This document shows, piece by piece, positions 55,685 through 64,000 of a stretch of 64,000 nt of DNA (position 1 is the stretch's first letter; every line of letters starts with the position of its first letter). Location of the stretch: the NCBI RefSeq assembly GCF_006345805.1, contig NC_042998.1, positions 106,764,001 to 106,828,000 on the forward strand. Reading direction: 5' to 3'. This stretch comes from Octopus sinensis. Its lineage: Eukaryota. The notes under the pieces were generated by a model, which was given only the letters and a program-made list of their open reading frames with translations, made no database searches and was not told where the DNA came from. The position numbers and the translations under genes were made by a program.

Positions 55685-55855
55685 CTGAAAATTATCCTAC
55701 TGTCGAAGATGAGTGGCTATTTCACCAAAATTGTGCAAAAAGAATTCACACTTACCTATTTGGCGTTTCTGAAGCGACAAAATTGGAATTTTCGAAATAT
55801 TATCAGCTTTCTGCAGCAAAAGATAGAGAATGGTTACCGATAAGAAAACGCCCAG
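55685..55855 (+). CDS. Probable internal coding exon of an unidentified gene (ENYPTVEDEWLFHQNCAKRIHTYLFGVSE...WLPIRKRP)
   Basis: Acceptor tttttttctctttaaag, donor CAG|gtaaat, 171 nt, phase 1-1; part of a stop-free frame of more than 130 codons in AT-rich DNA. Confidence 0.6.
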
Positions 55856-55909
55856 GTAAATGTTCATGTTTTGTAATGCTCAATGTTTTTGTGTTTCTTA
55901 GTTTTCAAG

Positions 55910-56044
55910 AATTTGTGAAATCTACATCTGCTGGCTGTTGGAACAATCTTGACCATAGGAGTTTTCTACATTATAAGCAACTATTGTTTGGGCAGCGTCC
56001 AGAAAATATCTTGGACAATCAATTCCATTTCTTTGACTTATTTG
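55910..56044 (+). CDS. Probable next exon (FVKSTSAGCWNNLDHRSFLHYKQLLFGQRPENILDNQFHFFDLF)
   Basis: Acceptor gtgtttcttagttttcaag, donor TTG|gtagga, 135 nt, phase 1-1, in frame with the previous exon. Confidence 0.45.
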
Positions 56045-56674
56045 GTAGGAGGTGCTGTATTGTATATTTACCAGACGTTGCATTTTCCCGATATCATTAT
56101 CATTGCTATTATCATCTTTATCATTATTATTATTATTATTATTATTGAGTGAGAGAGCAGCGCTTGCCATCAAAGTGACACTGGAGTAAAATATACGAAG
56201 CCCAGTATACCCATTATGACTGCCCGTCTGATAAGGGTACACTAGGCACATGCATCACAACCATATGTGCATGACATGGTGATCTCATATCAAGATAAAC
56301 AGCACATGACTTTGCAGGTAGGGCCTAGTTAGAATTTTTTTTCCAGGTCGATTATCCATCCCTCTCAAAAGGTTCCTGAATTGTTTAAGGATGATGAACG
56401 GAACATTCATATTTCTAGAGGTGAATTGTTCAGACCCCCAAAGATGGCTATGATGCTCCCCACCCTACTCATGATCAGAGATGCACATATCGTCAGCCAC
56501 TAAGACATACTTTACTGGTTAAGGTTAAACAGCTGACAAGCAAATCTGTGGTATTGAACGGAATATTTGCTGTAGCCCATCTTTTATACCAAGACAAAAC
56601 AATGTACATGATAACACTTCCAATCAGTTAAGATCAGAAGCCATGAGAGCCAGAATCTGGTACTGCATCAGGGC

Positions 56675-56739
<65 letters not shown>

Positions 56740-57170
56740 CTTCGTAACACAGTGTAGGTAAAAATGCACCGGTATCTTTAGTCATCTGTCAAATCACAAG
56801 GACCTGAGACAGATAATACTTTCCTTAAGATATGTGCTGTGCCCAATAAGGCTGCTTTTTGCGAGACATCAATCTTGCATGGGATTTCCAGTTGCCTTAA
56901 GAAGTCTTGAAGTTTCAACGGAATGAGCCCAACGCTCCAATCACCACTGGTATCACTTTTACATTACCCTCTCGCATTCCATACACTCTTACCATTTCCA
57001 CTTTCAATTTGGAATACTTGGTGATTTTTTCAACCTCTTTACTCACAACATTCATGTCATTTGGTATGGCTACAACAATGATCTGACAGTATTTGTCTCT
57101 CTTATTCAATATGACAATATCCGGCCGACAGTGTTCGATTACACGATCCGTCTGAAAATCATAGTCGTCT
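56740..57170 (-). mobile_element. R4/Dong-like LINE 3' end (RLE domain)
   Basis: FQTDRVIEHCRPDIVIL...AIPNDMNVVSKEVEKITKY...VIPVVIGALG, followed on the minus strand by an (AAT)n tail. Confidence 0.75.
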
Positions 57171-57521
57171 TTGCTTTTCATCCTTTCGGGGTCGATTAAA
57201 TAAGTACCAGCTACGCACTGGGGTCGATGTAATCGGCTTAATCCCTCCCACCAAATTTCAGGCCTTGTACTTCCAGTAGAAAGGATTATTGCTATTGTTA
57301 TTATTGCCTTTGCACAGCTTCTGACGCTGGAGATGTACTACGGTATCAGCTGTTCACTACCAGTGAGCTAAAGTAACACCTCTTATTTTTCGAGCACCGT
57401 CCAGAGTATTCGAGCGGTTTCAAGCAGTGCTGTGTTCTGCAAGTGATCCACCCTTATTGCAGCCCCTATTTGTTCCATATACTTCTCAAGATTTTTACTC
57501 ACTATTCTCAGGGCTCCGACA

Positions 57522-57590
<69 letters not shown>

Positions 57591-57606
57591 TATTATTATT
57601 ATTATT

Positions 57607-58460
57607 AAGGCTGCGAGTTGGCAGAATCGTTAGCACGCTGAACAAAATGCTTAGCGGCGTTTCGTCCGTCCTTACGTTCCGAGTTCAAATTCCGCCGACG
57701 TTGAGCCCTGGGGGTCGATGTGATCGACTTGCTCCCTCTCCTAAATTTCAGCTCTTGTGCCTATAACAAAAAAGATTACTATTACTATTATGTAAATAAA
57801 CTTCAAAAGTATTATTAGTAAAACTATAATGAAAATTTGAAATCTCTCAGCATCTTCACTACAATCTGTGTGTCAAATAAGATGTTATTTTTTCATTTAT
57901 TCGCTATACCTTCAATACGAAGGTTTTAACAGACTCGGTAGCACTCAGCGGCATTTCGTCCGACTTTCTGTTCTGAATTCAAATTCCGCCGAGGTCGACT
58001 TTGTCTTTCATCCTTTCAGGATCAATGAAATAAGTACCAGTTGAGCACTCGGGTCAATGTAATCGACTCTCCACCCCACCTGAAATTGCTAGCCTATGTC
58101 AAAATTTGAAACCAGTATGTAACTTTCTAACCGTAAGGACTGAAGTAGCAAGCAAAATAAAACAAGAGTTTTGGCTCGTTGTTTTTAACATATAAAATAT
58201 CAAATATCATTACTATATCGACTGTACTATCGGATGTTACACACCGTTGGTCACAATGCGCTTTCTCTCATTGTTGTAGCTTTCGTATGATGCCAACACA
58301 CTGGCTAGGCGGACAGGCCAACATCCCTGCTAAATGTTTCGTCAGTTCGATGCAAAGATACACGTTTAAGGCAGCGAGTTGGCAGAATCGTTAGCACGCT
58401 GGACAAAATGCTTAGCGGCGTTTCGTCCGTTCTTACGTTCTGAGTTCAAATTCCGCCGAC
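57607..58460 (+). mobile_element. Cluster of three partial SINE family A copies
   Basis: Copies at about 57607-57775, 57925-58115 and 58367-58460. Confidence 0.75.
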
Positions 58461-58719
58461 GGAATGTTAAAATGTTAAAAACAACGAACCAAAAGTTGAA
58501 TGGACAGGAGCAAGGTGAAATGAAGTGTCTTGCTCCTGAACATAACACACCGCCAGTCAGGAAATTAAAAACACGATCTTGTGATCACAACACCATTACC
58601 ACTTGGCCTCACGTCTTCACATCAAGTATAGGGTAAACTAAAGCAAATTTTCGGTCATTAGACTGCGCCCATGCTCAGACACTGCCTTGAATAGATTTTA
58701 ATAGAACGAATAGACCCCA

Positions 58720-58925
58720 GGTTGTCAAGTGGTGGTGGCGGACAAACACAAACACAAAGACACACATACGTAGATATAGATATATATAAGACGAGCTTCT
58801 TTCAGTTTCCGTCTACCAAATCCACTCACAAGTAGCAGAAGATATTTGTCCAAGGTGCCAAGCTGTGGGACTGATCCTGGAACCGTGTGACTGGGAAGCA
58901 AACTTCTTACCACACAGCCATGTCA
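58720..58925 (-). mobile_element. tRNA-like SINE related to those at 40855 and 41461
   Basis: Reverse complement has tggtaagaagtttgcttcccagtcacacggttccagg...tggcaccttgg. Confidence 0.6.
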
Positions 58926-60685
58926 TATTGTATATGTTAAAACCAATTTTAGATTCAAATTGATAATTAGATATTTCATGGAAAGAAAAAAAATAGATAA
59001 GAAAGGGAAAAATAACTTTTTGCGGCAAGGGAAAAACCTTTTTCTTAGTTCCGTTTATTTCCGCTTCAGAATTATTTAATGCTGTAATTACAGAAGAAAA
59101 AAATGCAAAGCTAAAATATCATTTTCTTTTAAACTCTTTCCTAATATTCATTCGTTGCGTTGTAAACAAGCATGGAATATTTGGGAAGAATTTATGCACT
59201 TTTAAATCTTTTTTCTTTTTTATATTTCTAAATTGTCTTCACGAGGGAATGATAGATTGAATAAGCTGCTGGACGCTTCATCTCACGTAGGGAAGTAGCT
59301 GGATGCGTTATTAATGAATGTTTTAATCCAAATTCTTGTTTCAAGTTAAGCAACGACATCAGCAAAAATAATCTATCAAAAAAATTAAAAAATAAGTAAA
59401 CGTCAACCATTACGTTTATTTTCTTTAATAACATAAATCTCCTGTTATTGACCGAGCTTGGGAAGAAGTAAAACATGGAAAATGTAGGATCAAAGGCGAT
59501 CTTTCCGATAGAGATCTTAAATCTTAACATGACGCAGGTCAAATCAATTGGTGAGTGTAATCTAAATAAGTTTGCTGCCATCAGCTTATGGCATTCAAAT
59601 TTCCGTAAAGGACACGTTAAGCATTTATATCATGACATTTTTATAACCATTAATATTTTCTATTAGTTTTCCTCAGTATATTATATTTACTGCATTCTTA
59701 TTTTCCCGAATGATGCATTTTGTTAATGTCATTGAAACAATGTAACTATAATTACAAATAGATTGCATATATATTTGTCTTTATAATTATAGGCATATTC
59801 ATTCACTTCGCTATAGGCATATTATAGGCATATTCATTCATTTCCCCTTTCAATTGTGAATTAATCAAACAATCTGTTAATCAACATAACTAAACCCCAT
59901 CCATCTTTCATATTTTTAACCATATCATAACTAATAAATTACAATATTTTCTTACGACGAAGACAAAAAAACTCATTTTATCGATTTGGTAAGAATGCAA
60001 AGTAAAATTAAACCTAAGAGGTAAAGGACGTAACTAAATACAGCAAAACACTTTGTTCGATGATCTGCAATTCACTTCTCTTTCGAAAACCACATAAATA
60101 TTTTTTTTTTGTTTTTTAAAGAAAAAAGTTTCTTGATTTAACACAACGCTTGCCATGTGATATGAACACACAACTCCTGAGCTCACATATGCTATTGAAC
60201 TCCTCAAGTGACGTCAAAGCTTTGACTTCGTATAAAGCCAAGCAAAGTATATTGTGTTCCTTTACGTTTTGTATTGAAATCTTTGCCAGGGTCGATAAAA
60301 TAATATTAGAGAAGTACTTGACTTGATTCGGTCTTATCTAAAATTTGTGATGTAGGGCCATTAGAAATTATTTTTAAGTTGATTTGTGTTTAATTATGAT
60401 GAGATACAGTAATTTATTCCTTTGTAGTATTGTAAAGTTACTGTTGTAAATTATAGGTAAAATGATCGATAAAAGAAATGGCAGGCCTTGTATTAATCTT
60501 GGTGACAAATTTTACAAAACAGTTGAATTTTCACCCGATTTCTTTAAAAACGGAGCACCAGTTTCACCGCCTGTGTTCGGGTAGGTATTCGGATATTACA
60601 GTTTACAATAATTGATGTATAACTGATTAAATAAGTTTTTGTTTTACTTTTTAAAAAGTTAATTAGAGAAAAGAGGGTAGTATCT

Positions 60686-61400
60686 ATGACTACTCTAGGT
60701 TCTGCTGAGTTCGATATGGTTGATGCTCATTTGAAATCTCTTTCCGCGACTGCTGAAAAATGGCAGACAGGAAAAGAGTTGGATGAAGCGGAGAAGAAAT
60801 CATTTGGTAAATTTCTCGCACCGACTCAAGAAATGAGATATAGTAAGGATGGCAGGATGCAGACAGAGGTGTATTGGGTGGGTCGTGAGCAGAAGTGGTA
60901 TGTTAGATTACTAGTGAAGAGAAACAAATGTTATTGTAGAGACGAAAATAAACAATATCTGTATGTAATGATACCGTCTTCCCAAATATGTAAGCAGTAC
61001 TCTTATATGGATCACCCTTGATTTTCAAGAAAGTTAAAACAATTTTAAAAAATTTTGAAGATTGAAGCCTAACTTTTAGAGATTCAGATCAGTATGTATG
61101 TGAAATCGTTATAAGTCACGATCAGAAATTGAAAATTATCGTCTTAGAAGTAACTTTAGGGGATGTTGTTATGCGTAATTCACGCATGAAAAAGAAGTTG
61201 TAGTGTGAAACGGTTCATTGACACTAGTATTGTTTCTGCCTTTGGGTTAATGAAGAAGACTTGGTCCTCATTAAAAATGTTTTCAAGGTTTCTATTTAAG
61301 GAGGCTGTACAGTTGAGATGAGATGTCTCGACTGCGTTTGGATGATTCCTGAATATGGAAGGTTAAGGGACAAACGTAAAATTTGCAGCTATTTTAAAAA
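60686..61400 (+). pseudogene. Decayed intronless ORF(s) of unrecognised family
   Basis: 111-aa ORF, then after a 1-nt shift a largely open frame with scattered stops to about 61400. Confidence 0.4.
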
Positions 61401-62276
61401 GTAAGTTTAGGATATTAGAATATTGGTCACATAAATGTTTCGACAATAGTGTCCAGTTAGAAGATACAATGCAATTAACCGAAATTATGGTGATATTTTC
61501 TCATTGTTGATGTGATATATTCATAGTGAAACCACTCAAATCACATCAGTCCAGTTGATTTAGCTGTACGTTGGTACAGCAATTTAGAGAGTCTACTGCA
61601 GAATAATTTTTCAGTCTAAACAGCGGCATTTCTTTGGTTTTCAGTGCAGTTTTCTTCTACCCACGAAGTTAATTTTATGTTCCACTGATGAATGATCACC
61701 TATTCTAAATAACTTACTGCTCGAAAAACTGAGACACAGAATGATTAGTATCTTGTTCATTACTTTCTGACCTCAACAGATAATATAAGATGAACTTGAA
61801 TTGGGCATTCTCCATATCTGATTGAATATTTTCGTATTGAATTTCGATTGAATATCTTTGGTATATCTTTATGTAACTCCCATTCAGTAAAACTTCCTTC
61901 GCTTGGATTTTAGTTTAGATCACAATTATTGATATGCATTTTACTGTTGACGGAGGTCTTGGAGTTTTGTTTATACAGTGAATTTGCACAAATTTACGTT
62001 ATAAAGAATTTCTACAAATTTACGTTATAAAGAATTTGTACGACTAAATAAAAAATATTTGCTGTGAATTACAAATCAACCGGTTATAAAAATATAAATC
62101 GAATCATCGCTTCTAAAACAAGAGAATCTAATAAAGAAGGTCGGCCAAAGACAGCAATATATGGACTTATGGTGATAAACTATGCCAAAGCAGACAGTAG
62201 AGCTTGGTGCAGTCTTCTTGCTTGTCAGCTCCAGTCAAACCGTCTGACTTATGCCAATATGGAAAACGGATGTTAA

Positions 62277-62395
62277 ATGATGACGACGACTTTGATGATG
62301 ATGATGATGATGATGGTGATGGTGATGATGATGATGATGATGATGGTGATGCTGATGATGATGATGATGATGATGACGACGACGACGACGACGTT
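62277..62395. repeat. (GAT)n/(GAC)n microsatellite
   Basis: Seen directly; source of the poly-D and poly-H ORFs. Confidence 0.95.
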
Positions 62396-62591
62396 GTTCA
62401 TGAAGAAAATTAAACATTACAAACTCCACATTTTTTTTATAAGCTCAGTTTGAAATAAGCGGCAGTGCCTATGACCGTCGAGTGCTCTCCAAGATTGGTG
62501 AAACTGGAGCCATTTACATTCTGCTTAAACTGTTACAGGAAAAATAATATAGAAAGTGAATTCCAGAGGGATAGCATTCTGGGAAGCAAGG

Positions 62592-62990
62592 AAGGCGGCG
62601 AGCTGGCAGAAACGTTAGTGCGCCGGACGAAATGCTTAGCGGTATTTCGTCTGCCGCTACGTTCTGAGTTCAAATTCCGCCGAGGTCGACTTTGCCTTTC
62701 ATCCTTTCGGGGTCGATAAATTAAGTACCAGTTACGCACTGGGGTCGATGTAATCGACTTAATACCTATGTCTGTCCTTGTTTGTCCCCTCTATGTTTAG
62801 CCCCTTGTGGGTAATAAAGAAATAGGTATTTCGTCTGCCGTTACGTTCCGAGTTCAAATTCCACCGAGGTCGACTTCGCCTTTCATCCTTTCGGGGTCGA
62901 TAAATTAAGAACCAGTTGTGTACTGGGATCGATCTAATCGACTGCTCCTCTCCCCCCAAAATTTCGGACCATATGCCTAGAGTAGAAAAG
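62592..62990 (+). mobile_element. Dimeric SINE family A
   Basis: Full monomer followed by a second copy restarting at ggtatttcgtctgccg with a different 3' end. Confidence 0.9.
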
Positions 62991-63304
62991 ATCCTGGGAA
63001 GTAAGAAATGGTCTTAGTGGTTAGTGCAGTACCTGGGAAGAGAAGAGAGGTACAACATGAGTAATGGGAAGAGGAGAAACAAATTAATCAAAATTACCCT
63101 AGTGGAAGAGACACAAAGACCCGTTAGCTGCGAGGATTTAATTGAAAACCATCATATTAGTTTATCTGATATTTATACACTAATTAGTATTACAAAGGTA
63201 AGGGACTGACAGAATCATTAACGCATCAGACAAAATGCCAAGGTCACCTTTGCTTTTCATGCAATCGATCGAATTTTGGCTTCCCAAAACCATAAAGGAG
63301 AAAG

Positions 63305-63650
63305 CTAATTCGAAGACTACAGATCGAAGCAATCATTGAAATTTAAAAATCTGTAAAAACTTTCCAGAAGTTTATCATTTAAATATATATGAGCATGTCT
63401 AGATATGCAACTATGTGCATGAGAATACATGCATAAAGCAAAGCATACAAATCTGCACATGTAAATAGATACATACATACATACATACATACATACATAC
63501 ATACATACATACATACATACATACATACATACCCTGTTGTTGATGTTGAAATTCCAATGAAGGAGCCTTGAATCTAGGTTAGAAACCGACTCTTTCTCTA
63601 TTGGCAAGAAATCTTGAAATAAAACTGGACAATGACATACATACAGACAC
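63305..63650 (+). mobile_element. 3' end of the RLE LINE family seen at 26790-27360
   Basis: Reverse-complement similarity to about 26790-27070 (gaagtttatcatttaaatatatatgagcatg...ggttagaaaccgactctttctctattggcaagaaatcttgaaataaaact). Confidence 0.7.
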
Positions 63651-64000
63651 ATATATGTCAGGCTTTCACACAGCTATGTCCATCAAACTCCAGTCACAAC
63701 ATTTCGATAAAGCTGAGGTTATAGTATAAGGCACTTGATCAAAAAGACATGCAGCGGAATCGAACTATGTGGCTGCATGGCAAATCGTTTAACCACAGTA
63801 CTATACCTATTTATTCAACTTGTTTTTTTTTTATGCTGTTCCTTTCAGAATCGGAGGTAAGAAGGACGAAACTTTCATACCAATTTCAAAAGGGACTGTA
63901 CACAAAACGTAAGTCATACTTACAAAATATTTGCACACACACTCGCAAAACGAAAGCTTAAAGATATTGAAGTAGAGACAGAGATGACGGGAAGTGGAAG

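Noticed and set aside
59432-59552. Protein-like frame KSPVIDRAWEEVKHGKCRIKGDLSDRDLKS near a strong gtgagt donor
   Set aside because: An in-frame stop precedes the donor, and the alternative frame lacks a pyrimidine-rich acceptor.
62204-62429. Poly-Asp and poly-His ORFs
   Set aside because: They are translations of a (GAT)n microsatellite.

Overview
Eukaryotic, very AT-rich DNA with dense (AT)n, (ATAC)n, (AC)n and (ATT)n microsatellites and SINE families resembling those of octopus genomes (organism is an inference). Most ORFs in the supplied track are microsatellite or antisense-transposon artefacts. There are two domains. About 1-27.5 kb is CpG-depleted and poor in young elements, and looks like a methylated gene body or long 3' UTR with a candidate polyA site near 20.16 kb. 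It ends at a CpG-rich promoter-like patch at 27.6-28.0 kb. About 28-64 kb retains CpG and is packed with transposable elements: a Gypsy gag relic, gag/ORF1-like zinc-knuckle relics, many Penelope-like element (PLE) pieces, a mariner, a non-autonomous Helitron, RLE-type and CR1 LINE ends, and SINEs. The most striking structures are: (1) a ~2 kb head-to-head array of a 487-bp unit forming a ~950-bp near-perfect palindrome inside a PLE leader; (2) six type I hammerhead ribozyme motifs in PLE tails, three with covarying stems and two with a U-U at the base of stem II; (3) a run of fold-back palindromes next to (TA)n tracts; (4) probable exons of an unidentified plus-strand gene at 55.7-56.0 kb; (5) a decayed intronless ORF of unrecognised family at 60.7-61.4 kb. 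No rRNA, tRNA gene or CRISPR array could be supported.
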